From Prasinococcaceae sp. CCMP 1430 (taxonomy: Eukaryota > Plantae > Prasinodermophyta), in contig RQSC01000003.1 of the NCBI GenBank assembly GCA_013416795.1, positions 182,288-246,287 on the forward strand: a stretch of 64,000 nt of DNA, read 5' to 3'. Position numbers and translations under genes: made by a program. Below are positions 43,404 through 53,693 of this stretch, piece by piece. Every line of letters begins with the position of its first letter. The stretch's first letter is position 1. The notes under the pieces were generated by a model. That model ran no database searches and had not been told where the DNA came from. It saw only the letters and a program-made list of their open reading frames with translations.

Positions 43404-43972
43404 GGCGAGCCGCGGGCGCCCGCGCGCGCGCGCGCCGCCGCCGCCGGCCCGAAACCCTCTTCGCCGTCCATCAATCTCAATCTGAAAAAGAGGGCGCCCA
43501 TCGGAACGAAGGCGAAAGAAAAAACAAAAACATCAAAAAGTAAAAAGAAAAAATACTGCGTATGTACGTACGTATGTACTGTACAAAAACAAAGGCGAGC
43601 GTTCATAAAAATCGTCGCCCTCGCCATGCGGATTCACGCCCGCCTAACAATTCGTTCCGAGCGCGCGCCGCTCGGCCGGGGCGCGCGGGTTTGAGGGCGC
43701 CGCGGATGGAGGCTCGAGCGAGGGACGGGGCGCGGCGGGGGCGCGCGTCGTCGAAACGGGGGTGGGCGCCGCGCGCGCGTTACTTACTGTAGGGTTCGCG
43801 CGGCGTCCCCTGGCCCGGTGACCCTGTTCCGCGCCGCCCGACCCCAAACGCGCCCCGAAATTGCCAACCTGAACCTGCCGACGGCGCGAGGAATGCGGGC
43901 CGGCGCTCCTGTGCCTGCGTGCGTGCGCGCGTGTGCGCGTCTGCGCGTCTGCGCGTCTGCGTGCCTGTGTCT

Positions 43973-44026
43973 GTGTGCGTGTGCGTGTGCGTGTGCGTGT
44001 GCGTGTGCGTGTGCGTGTGCGTGTGC
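43973..44026. repeat. (GTGTGC)9 hexanucleotide microsatellite
   Basis: Nine perfect units counted. Confidence 0.95.
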
Positions 44027-44367
44027 CTGAGTGTGCGTGTGCCTGTGCGTGCGTGGCTGGCCCGCATGGAGGCCTGGGGGGCCGGCCAGGGGCCCCTGCC
44101 TGCGTGGTCGCCCGCCGCGCGTGTGGATACGCGAAGTCCCAGACCGGGCTAGAGATTCGGTCGTGACGTGGCACGCGCCCCTCGCGACGGTGCGCGGGCG
44201 CCGCGACCGGATCAGCCCCCCCCATCGTGCCGGATTCGAGGCGTTTGGTGGCGTTTCGGCACGCGCGCATTTGAGGTTTTTATGTATAGGGTTTGTGGCG
44301 TACGTCAGTCCGCACCGCGCGCGCCGCGCGCGCGCTGAGTCGCCGCCGGCGCGCGCCAGCCGCGNCG

Positions 44368-44538
44368 ATGCCCGTTTTTGCCAAGCAGATGCCGATCACA
44401 AGCGCAGCTGAGGATTGCGCGAAGAAGTCGTGCCCGACGTACGACTGTTGCTGCATCGTGTTCTCCCACATGGCGTACCAAAGCATCGCCAGCCCGCCAC
44501 CATCGCACACCTCCACCAGCGGGGCCAGCGCGGGGTGA
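44368..44538 (+). CDS. Cys-rich 56-aa upstream ORF, in frame with the downstream ORF
   Basis: MPVFAKQMP..CPTYDCCCIVFSHM..SAG-TGA with mostly C/G-ending codons; a single N at 44365 just before the ATG. Confidence 0.45.
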   Translation: MPVFAKQMPITSAAEDCAKKSCPTYDCCCIVFSHMAYQSIASPPPSHTSTSGASAG

Positions 44539-44559
44539 GAGTACTTCTTCCAGCTTTGG

Positions 44560-45684
44560 ATGGTGGCGGACCAGCCCACAGGAAACAAGACCATCGTTAT
44601 GGTGAACACCCAGCCCATAAACCGAGGCGTCAACTCAGACGAAAAGGTCCGCGACACCACCAATTGGCCAGCCGTCCAAGAACACAGCAACGTCGGGGCA
44701 GTGATGTTCTTCAGCAACAAGACTGCGCGCCCCGGAGGCGGCGCGCTCGGCGCCAGCAAGCAGATTTTCAAGGGGGGGAGGTGCGTGGCAGCGCCGCGCG
44801 AGCGGCTGCGCTGGCGGCCGCGTGCGCGAGGCGCGAGCCCTGTTCCCGTCGCTCCCCCGCTCTCCCCCAAACGCACGCACCGCGCACACGATCTTCACCC
44901 ACAGCACATGCGCATGCACACACGCCCGCGCGCGCGAGTGCAATGACTGGCGTCGGTCCTGACAGGCTGGCCTCGGCGCACGGCGCCCCCTGCCCTCACC
45001 GGTGGGTCGAGAAGCAACGGAGGGGGAGGGCACACCGGGGGGCTCGCAGGTCGAGGCGGCCTGAGCAGGTTTTACCGCGGGAAGGCGCGCTCGTTTGCGT
45101 GCCTGGCGGCCGCGTCCACGCTCGGCGCGAGCTCGAAGCTCAGCAAGAAGGTGACCTTGACGGAACTGGAGGTCGCGGCCACCTCGGGCGACCTCGGGGG
45201 CTTCGCCGGCCACCAGGCAGCCTCGGCCGATAGCGAGGAGGAGGAGGGCTTCGCCGTGTTCTGTGGCGGGCCAAGGCGGCTTGTGACCAGTGAGAGCATG
45301 CCGCTGCTCTTCAGGGAGGAGACATCGAGTCCGTGGCCGAGCCCGTCCAGCTTGGGCGAGGGCGGATGCGGGGAGCACTTGGCGGGCGTCCCCGAGGAGA
45401 GCGGCGGCGCGCCCACGTGTGACGCGGGGGGTGCGTGCGGCAGCGACGAAATATCGTTCGGACGCTCGATGTCCGGCTCCGGCGCCAGCCGCTCGTCGCT
45501 GTCTGTGGACACTCGCGAGGACTCAGCGGCACAGGTGCCCGACATTGACTATCTTGACGTGGACGCACATGCCGACTCCTCGCCCTTTCCGGGGATAGTG
45601 CCCGCCGCCCAGAGGCCCACTCTCCCCGTCGCCGTCGCCGCCGGAGGCCACAACCGCCACCTGTGGGTGCACCAGCACGAATGA
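44560..45684 (+). CDS. OXS3/KID-family-like protein; exon structure unresolved
   Basis: GLSRFYRGKARSFACL at about 45058-45105 matches the plant OXS3 motif (RGLSKFYxGKSxSF); exon 1 44560-44780 ends at a GTGCGT donor. Confidence 0.55.
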
Positions 45685-46125
45685 TGATCATGTACACTAG
45701 AGGAGACACTGAAGATCTGTTTAAGGCGATCTGGGCAAAACGGAGCGACCGCTCGCGCCCGAAAGGAGGACACCGCGAGCATGTAGCTGCACGTGATGGA
45801 CCTGCCATGTATCATTCACCAACGAGAAAGCCGCGGGGACGCGCGCTGTGCCGACAGCAGCGGCGCCGTCGCCTCCAAAGCACACCCGTCGGCTTAATTT
45901 TCCGCCGACCGGAGGCATTGCAGCGCCGCAGCACTCGGCCTGCAGTGCTCGACACAAAACACACAAATAAGCGCACGACCGGGGTGCCTATCGCCTGAGG
46001 CGCGAGGGCGAGAGCAAGAGCGGCAGATGCGTGCACAGAGCCACATCCGCAGCATGGCATCGCCCCCACCCCTGTCTCTTTGTAAGACTAGAATAAGGGT
46101 ATTTGTACATACACGCGGCAGTGTG

Positions 46126-48031
46126 TCAGCGGCCGAAGAGGCTCCCAAGCATGCGCTGCAGCCTCGTGGCGCGCCCCATCATGTTCGCAAGCATGCGCTG
46201 CCATGCAATCTTCCGCTCGGCCACTTGCCGGACGGCCGGGATGCACTCCTCTAGACACGCGCTGATGACACGCAGGCGGGCGAGAGGGCCATCGCTGGCC
46301 ATGCACTCTGGGCGAATCTCCTGCGAGGGCGCGCGTTGGAAGAGTGGGCGTCACCAAACATGTGCGAACGGGCGCGCCCACACAGGCGGAAGGTGCGCGC
46401 GTCGACCAGCCCGCGTGCGCGCGCGCGCGAGCGCGCAAGTCTCTCACCTCGGCTGCGCCCAGTACCGGCAGCGGATTGAGCACCTGGCACAAGTGCCACG
46501 ACAGCTTCTCCGCGCGCTCATGCGCCTCTCTCCTGTCGACACGCCCACGCACAGGCGGCGGCGGACGCGGGCCAGCGGCGTCCAGCAGCGCGCGCGTGCT
46601 GCCGCCGTAGTGCTGCTTCAGGTACCCGACATTCCCGCGCCCCACCTGCGCTCGACATGCGCGTTCGTGCGCGCATGCGTCAGCGGAGGCACCGGCAGGT
46701 AGCGCGCGCCGCCGCGCGCGCGCGGCGGAGCGCACGCATGCGGCGATTGCAGAATGCTCTGGTGCGCCCCACGGACCTCTCCGAGCCACTCTTCGAGGAG
46801 AGAGACAGCGCGCTCGCTCTCTTCGGCGAGCGCCGCGCAGTATTTCGCATCGTCCTGCTCATCATCGCCCTCTCCGACTGCGTCCTCGCCGTCGTGCGGG
46901 GATGCAACCGACGCCACGTAGAAGCCCGCAGGGGCGAGCGCGGTCGTGACCACCCGGAAGCGCGATCGCGCGACGCACGCGATAACAAATCGGCCGTCGG
47001 GCAGTGCGCTGACCTCGGTGATTTCGCACACGCAACCGTGCCGCGCACATGGCATTCGCGCCTCATCGTCTGCACGCGCGCTCGCGCGCCATCTGTCAGC
47101 CAATCCCAAACAGCGCACGCGCGCGAATGAGGCGCGCGGGCGAGCCTGCCCGTCGCACGCGGGCGAGGGCATGCGCGTCTTGCGCGGCGCGCACCTCCGC
47201 TTTCACCACCGCGCGGCGGCCCGATCATCCCGAAAGTCCTGTCGTTCGCGAGCACGAGCTTCATGAGCGCCCGGTAGCGGGGCTCGAACACGTGCAGGCG
47301 CGCGGTCTGCCCAGGCACGATGGGATCACACACGAAGAGCGGCATCGAGCAATCCTCAGGCACGCCGGCCGCGGCGCTGCGTGCGCGGCGCGCCGCGCTG
47401 CTTTGAGCCTCTTCCTCGAGGTCGCGTGCGCTCGACTCCTCCGGGAACGCCGCGCGAACGGCCTGAGAAGCGCATGGCGCGGGCGTCAGCACGCGATCGC
47501 GCGCGCTGGGCGGCGTGCGCGTGGCGGTATGCCCTGCGCCGGTGGTAGATGTCGCACCTTGTCGAGCGCGACGCACACGGGCGCTGCGGCGGGGTCTGCG
47601 TAGTACGCCGGCGCTCGGCACACGGGGCAGCGCCGCGCCGCGCGCAGCGCCAACGCCGTGCACTCGCGGCAGTGCGCGTGGCCGCATGGCAGCGCAACGG
47701 GCCGGTGCAGGAGCCGCAGGAGGCCGACGCCTTGGTATGTGCCCTGACATCGTCGAGCGAGGTCAGGCCTTTGGACGTGATCTTCGAGGTGATCTTGCCC
47801 TTGCAGACGCCGTTGCAGCCGCAGATTTCCGCATCATCCGGCAAGGCTGCAACGGCCGCCATAGGGTCCAGGGGGGCACCCCCCTGGTAGGCCTGGCCGA
47901 AGATCAAGGTATCGCGCATCTCGGAGATGTCGGTCGCCTTTTTCTTGAGGTCGTTGAAAACCCCCCTCGGCGAGCGCTCCCGCGGCGCTCCCCTCGCGCG
48001 CGCGCTTCGGCGACCCCCCGCCGCCGCTCAT
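46126..48031 (-). CDS. LON peptidase N-terminal domain and RING finger protein (LONRF-like), RING interrupted by a foreign segment
   Basis: PVALPCGHAHCREC..RCPVCR (second half of RING), MPLFVCDPIVPG..LHVFEPRYRALM, GCVCEI..LPDGRF; multi-exon. Confidence 0.8.
47701..47958 (-). other. nirB: Fragment of bacterial NADH-nitrite reductase large subunit (BFD-like [2Fe-2S] region) embedded in the LONRF exon
   Basis: FNDLKKKATDISEMRDTLIFGQAYQGGAPLDPMAAVAALPDDAEICGCNGVCKGKI..GLTSLDDVRAHTKASASCGSCTG; lower GC than its flanks; no start, stop or splice signals. Confidence 0.85.
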
Positions 48032-48259
48032 CGCCGCCGGCGCAGCCGCACACCCTCGCCCCACGCGCGCGCTGTGGCGCACTCACGGGACGAGGGGCCG
48101 CAAGCAGCTATCCAAAACACGCATACGAGTTCGCACTGTGAAACGCAGAACCACGCGTGCGCTGCGTGGACTAATTTCGGTTTTGTGAGTTTGAACATCA
48201 ACACGCATGTTACCATTGCAAAAAGGGTTTGCTCTGTCATCCGCGGCCGCGCGCGGCCG

Positions 48260-49935
48260 TCAGAGCGCGTCCGTGGGGCCGGCGGCGGCTCCTGCGACTG
48301 CGCGCACGTGCGCGCCGAATTGCCTCGACACGAGCGAGCGCTGAATGTTGGCCTGGTGCCTGTCGATGTCAACTCCCTGAAGGACGCATGCGCCCACACC
48401 CATGAGAATTGACATAGCCACGAGCCCCCATCGCAGCGAGCCTGTGGCTTCGTTCATAATGAGCATCACAAGCGGCGGCACCCACACGAATGCGGTACTC
48501 GACATTGTGCTCAGGCCTGCGCACTCCGCCTCGAGGCCGCCAGGCGCGCTCTGAGCAAACAGCAGCATCTGCTGCGACCACGCACCGCCGAGCAACACAC
48601 CCCACAAGACGCCGAATATGGCGGGCAGGATCAAGTCACCCACTTCGGCGTCGCAGCCCTCAACCACCTCGTTGTCACCGCAGAGGGCGTCGCCCAGTGG
48701 CGGCGGCGGCGGCGAGACCTCAAGCCCACCGCCCTCGCTGGTCGATTCCGACGCCACAGTCGTGCACTTGGGTAGCACCGCCCCCCCGAGTGACGTCAGG
48801 ATGAACGTCGTAAATAACAGCGCCTGAATGGCGCGCTTGATGCCCACCCGCTTGCGCAAGAAGTTGCCCACGTGGCTGCCCGCGGCGGCACTCACGATGG
48901 CGAGGCCGAAGACGATGCTCACGACGCTCGCCTTATAATTGAGCTCGGACGTCAGGAAGATGGACCCGAGGGACACGACGGCGGCTTGCGCGGGGTCGCT
49001 TACCATGACGTGCATGAGAAACACAAAAAAGTCGGGGTAGTCCTTGCGCACCTGCTTCCACAGCGACACCATGCGCCGAAACGAGAAAGCGACCAAGCTC
49101 TTGGTGCCTTCTGGCAACTCGTGACTGGGCTTGCGGGCCTCAAGCTTTTGCCACGCCAGCGCCACACAAAGCAAGCCAGATGCCCCGCAGAATAGGGCGG
49201 CGAAGCGCCCCTGCCAGAGGTAGTTCAGGCCCGCAATTTGCACCACGCCCACGTTCACGATCACGAACACGACCTGCGCGCGCGCAGCGGCCGGTGCGTG
49301 TGCGCGAGCGAGCGGGGGGGAGGAGGCGGGGAGCGAGCGAGCGCAAGCGTCAGCCACCTGCTCGTGGGCGCGGCAAAGGACGAAAGAGCGCCCAGCGCGC
49401 GCACCTCTGCGATGTAGAGCGTGGTGTAGCCGTTCCTGTTGATCCTCGCCAGCTCATCGTGGCTGGTGGTGAGCTCCGGCAGCCAGGTTGACTGGCCCGT
49501 GAGCAGCATGGCGTAGCACACGTTGAAGATGAAGAGAGCGAGCAAGGAGATGGCCACACCGGTATCATTAGGCGCTAGCACGACGCCAAGCACCGTCGCG
49601 CCGAACTGCACGAAGCTGGCACCGAGAAGCAGCGGCTTGCGCAGGGTGGTGTAGTCGCACGCCGCGCCGATTGCCGGCGTGAGCAGCGCGCTCGTGATGC
49701 CGGCAATCATCAGGATGCCCGGAATCAAGCTGTCGAAGTTGAGCCAGTTCCACAGCTGTCCGTCCTCGTCCGAGATGCACTCGGCGGCTGTCAAGAGCGC
49801 AGGCTGGAACTGCACCGAGATGAAAACCACGCCCGCCGCTTGGGCGATGCGCAGCAGCATGTAGCCCCAGACCTCCGGGTTGCGCCCGGCGGCCGCGGCG
49901 GCGACGCTCGCCGTTTTGCCATCCTCAGCTTCCAT
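48260..49935 (-). CDS. MFS transporter, ATG22/UMF1-like, two introns
   Basis: About 12 hydrophobic segments; LLTPAIGAACDY..RKPLL, TWLPEL, GLECAGLS-like segment, TGSLRWG. Confidence 0.72.
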
Positions 49936-50658
49936 CGCCCCTTCCCCCCTCCCTCGTCCCCCACCCCCACCCCCTTCGCCTCGCCGCCCGGCTCCCCCCG
50001 CCGCGCGCGGCTGCGGCGCCAACTGTGGCGCCGCGCCGCCTCCCCGCGTTCCCCCGCTGCGCGAGCGCGCGAGCTGTCAAGTCGGCACGGAATCTCCGAC
50101 GGAAAAAAAAAAAAGTCCTCGCCGCGCCCTGACAAAAAAAGCTTTTTTTCCCCCCGCAGCGCCTGACGTGGAATCTCGACTGACGTCAGAATCCGCGTTT
50201 GCACAGCATTTCCGTTTTCGCCGTCAATTTTGATTATGTTTTGATTGAGATCGACGGTACGGCGTTCACATTCACGCCCCGTAAAAACTTTTGAGAGTGG
50301 CCCCACCCCCCCGCCCCCACGCGCCGCGGCGAGCGCCTGCAGCGACGTCTTTTCAATGCATAATGATGTGTAAATTAAACCCTACATGTCACCAATACCT
50401 AAATGGGCTGCCTGGCTTGCAGGCATGCGAAGCTTCCGCTGGAGGGACAAAGGGCGACGCCAATCCCGAGGATTCCATATTTTGGGGTGACAGTATGGAA
50501 CGGTGGGCAGACTGTGAATGAAAAACAGTAAGGATTCCATATGGATTCGTTTGGGTTCCTAGATATGGGAAAAGGGCGGCAAAGCGGCGCGAGTCTTCGC
50601 GCGGGCCGGCCTCGGCCGGAACGGCGGGTCCGTGGTACAACCAACGCGGGAAATCGCA

Positions 50659-50879
50659 TTACGACGGCGGCGGCGCAGCGGGGACCTCGGCGAAGGGCTC
50701 GGCGCTGCTCCTGCCGCCCACGAAGCGGTACGCCACCCGCGTGTGCGGGTTCAGGATGGGTCCGTTGTAGTAGTACACAAACCCCTCCCTGGCCCCTCTC
50801 CCCGGGGACAGCTCCACGCCGAGCGCCGCCGCAGCCGCCGCGCGCACCTCCGACGCCGGGCGCTCGAACGCGCGCAGCC
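50659..50879 (-). CDS. Terminal exon of an unknown gene (upstream exon not found)
   Basis: Acceptor GACAG followed by a G/C-ending-codon frame GLRAFERP..GFVYYYNGPILNPHTRVAYRFVGG..-TAA. Confidence 0.4.
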
Positions 50880-51030
50880 CTGTCGACGGCTCTGAGTGTT
50901 ATACTGATTTCAACGCAAAACGTGCGGGGGAGGGGGAGCGCGCACGCCTCGCCCCCGTGCTGACACCCGCGCCCCACCTGCTGCGCGATGCGCGCGCCCG
51001 CTCTCCCCGCCTGCGCGCGCCCGGCGCCAT

Positions 51031-51852
51031 AGCGATGCGTGGCCTGTCGACCGAAGGCCTCAAGGCGGAGCTGCTCGAGCGCCTCGAGGAAGCGATCGCC
51101 GAGGATGCCGAGGACGACCTTGCCGCCGGGCTGGCTACGGACGAGCCCGCTGCGGAGGAGGCGCCCGCCGCGCCAGCCGCCGAGCCAGCCGCCGAGCCTG
51201 CCGCCGAAACTGCTGCCGAGGCAGCGCCCGCCACCGAGAAAGCGCCTGCCGAGGAGGCAGAACCCAAGGACTCGTCCGAGCCAGCTGCGGCAGAGCCCAA
51301 CGCCGCTGCTAGCGCGGCCTCCGCCGCTGCGGCTGAGGCCGCCAAGCGCGCCGCCGAGGAGGAGGAAAAGAAGAAGCGCCGTGCAGAGCGCTTCGGCATC
51401 CCTTACGTGCCTCCCAAGGTCACCAAGGCGGAGCAGCGCAAGGCGTTCAAGGTGCGCGTGGTCGCCCCTTCGCTGCTCTCGCGACCACTTCCGCCGTGTA
51501 GCAGGGTAGGCACCAGCTATTGCCTCGTACTTCTCTCGCGTCGTCTCGAGTAGGCTCGCTGACGGTCCTGACCCCGCGCCGCCCACACCCGATCGTTCGC
51601 TCGCGCGCGCAGGAAAAGAAGAAGGCCCGTGCGGACCGCTTCGGCATTCAGGTCGCCAAGGGTGGCAACGGCGGCCAGGGCAAGGGCAAGGGCGAGAAGC
51701 GCGCGGCCAACGCTGCCGCTGCCGCGGCGGAGGCCGCGAAAAAGAAGGCGCGCGCTGATCGTTTCGGCTCGGGCGGTGCGGCGGCGATGGCTGCTGTGGA
51801 CCCCGAGTTCGAGGCGAAGAAGAAGGCTAGAGCGGAGCGCTTCGCAACCTGA
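51031..51852 (+). CDS. SAP-domain mRNA export factor SARNP/CIP29/MOS11/Tho1-like; first exon missing; intron 51452-51612
   Basis: RGLSTEGLKAELLERLEEA (second half of SAP) and repeated KKKARA(D/E)RFG motifs. Confidence 0.78.
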
Positions 51853-52195
51853 GCGGGGAGCCTGGGAGAATGAGTCGCTCGGGCATAGACGCGTTGCCGA
51901 GAGGCACGGGCCACTCCCACACCCCCCTCCCCCTCCCCCCCACCCCTCGGCCCACGAGTGGCGTATAGAGGTGAGCGTAGGAGCGTGTGACACCCATAAG
52001 ATTTGCCGTACTCTGACGAGCCTTGCAAGCAAATCGCAGCGCCCCAGCGGGCGTTGTCGCAACGTGTGCGCGGCGGCGCGCACGCGCGAGCCGCGGGGAC
52101 ACTCAGACGACACAGTCTTCGATGCAAAAAGAAAGAATGCCTGCCGTGTGGCTATTATGGTCTGGGCGATGGTCGCCTCCAGGTAGCTTCTGTAG

Positions 52196-52915
52196 CTACA
52201 CCGTCTTCTCCACCTTACGCGGCTTGGCGATGGGCGGCGGCGGGCCCTCACGCACGCCCCTTAGGTATGGCGAGAAATAGTGCAGGCCGTCGGCATTGAC
52301 GTCGTCGAGACCCTTGCCAGCCAGTTCGCCCTCGATTGCGGGGATGTGGCCGGTCGCGCGGCTCGCATTGAACATGCCCGGGTCGTCGCGCAAGGCCTGC
52401 AGTAGCTGCCAGCTCGGCTGGCCCATCGAGTGCCACTTGGGCAAGGGCCGTTTGTCCTTGGCACACGCGGCTTTCAGTGCGTCCAGCTGCTGCGTGTCCG
52501 CGAGGGCCTACGAGCACGGTTCGAAAAGGGCCGAGCATGGCGCGCGCGGGAGCAGGGAGGCATCAGCGCGCGCGCCAATCGTCAGTACAGGATGGACGAT
52601 CCCTAGCCAGCACCGCGCGGCGTCGCTCACAGAGAGCGACCCATGCGAACTCACCCTCATGACCTTGGCGACAACGTTGGGCTGCGCCCCATCAAATGTA
52701 TTCACGCGCCCGTCCTCGTACACCACCTCGAAGGCGGGCTTGGCGCCCCGCCGGACACTCGCTTCAATCGTCGTCTTGGCAGCGCCGTCTTTCGCGCGCG
52801 CGGCCTGCACTCGCACGAGCAGCTCGTTTAGGCCGCGAGTGCGCGGATCGAATGGCGAGAACGACGCGCGCATCGCCTTGATGCCATCGAACACGACGCG
52901 CCCCTTCGCCGACAT
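52196..52915 (-). CDS. Mitochondrial ribosomal protein mL53-like (exons 52915-52655, 52507-52196)
   Basis: SFSPFDPR..ELL..AK..KPAFEVVYEDG..FD resembles plant mL53; GTGAGT..TAG intron joins in frame. Confidence 0.6.
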
Positions 52916-53693
52916 GGTCACGGCAGAGCGCAGCAGCGCGGAGGGAGGGTGCGGGAGAGGGCGAGAGACAGGCCCCGCGGCGCCCCGGTGGCCAGCGCTT
53001 GGCCGGCGCCCCGCGGCCCCCGCGCCCCAGCCCACACTTCCAAAGTGCCGTCGCCGCCCCGCGCGGCCCAGCCGGTGCTGGTCTCAGCACCCTCCCAGCC
53101 TCCCCCTCCCCTCAGGGCCACGCCCGTCCCCCGCCGGAGGCCCTCTACCCCTCGCGCCTTGCGCGCGCTGTGGGCCCCTGCCCCCGCCTCCCGCCGTCCT
53201 GCCTCCGCCGCCCTAAAACGACCCACAGCTCTCCGAGCGACGAGGAGGCGAATGCGAATGCGAATGCGAAGCGCAAAATCAACGCTGGAAAAGAGTTTGA
53301 AAAGGTTTGAAAAGAAACATCTGCGTGATTAGAATGCGATGTGATATTATTCGAACTTTGCGATTTCGCTTTCGGTTCGAAATTGGCGCGCGGGCTGCGG
53401 CGGTGGGGCGGGCCGCATGTGCCCCTCCCCCGGCCCTTCCCCTCCCTCCCCCTCCAGGGCCGCCACACGCGCCGGGCGCCGCGCGCGGTGCCCCGTGCCA
53501 GAGTCCAGGCGCGGCGACGAGGGTGCGGGATCCCCGAGCGTGTGCAGTGAGGGGCTGCCGCGCCGCGCAGCTCTGCGCCGGGCTGGGGCGGGGCCGCGTG
53601 CGAAAGCGCGCTCACACTCCAACAGCCGCGGAAGCGCCGGGCGGCGGCGCGAGGCCAAGGGTGTGCGTGTGGGCTCTCCGGGGCGGGGCGTCG

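Noticed and set aside
44536-44538. Confident selenocysteine call for the in-frame TGA
   Set aside because: No CxxU/UxxC redox motif and no SECIS identifiable by eye; kept only as one hypothesis
47356-47919. A genuine host nitrite reductase gene
   Set aside because: Only ~86 codons of an ~800-aa protein, with no start or splice signals; the rest of the listed ORF is out-of-frame LONRF sequence
52013-52035. CTGACGAG..CAAA hammerhead ribozyme-like core
   Set aside because: Lacks the required GAAA after stem II and there are no flanking stems I and III
53245-53295. (GCGAAT)3 and TTTGAAAAG x2 short repeats
   Set aside because: Too short and low-copy to distinguish from ordinary promoter low complexity
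53370-53385. GGTTCGAA tRNA T-loop-like motif
   Set aside because: No cloverleaf, D-arm or acceptor stem; lies in an AT-rich promoter
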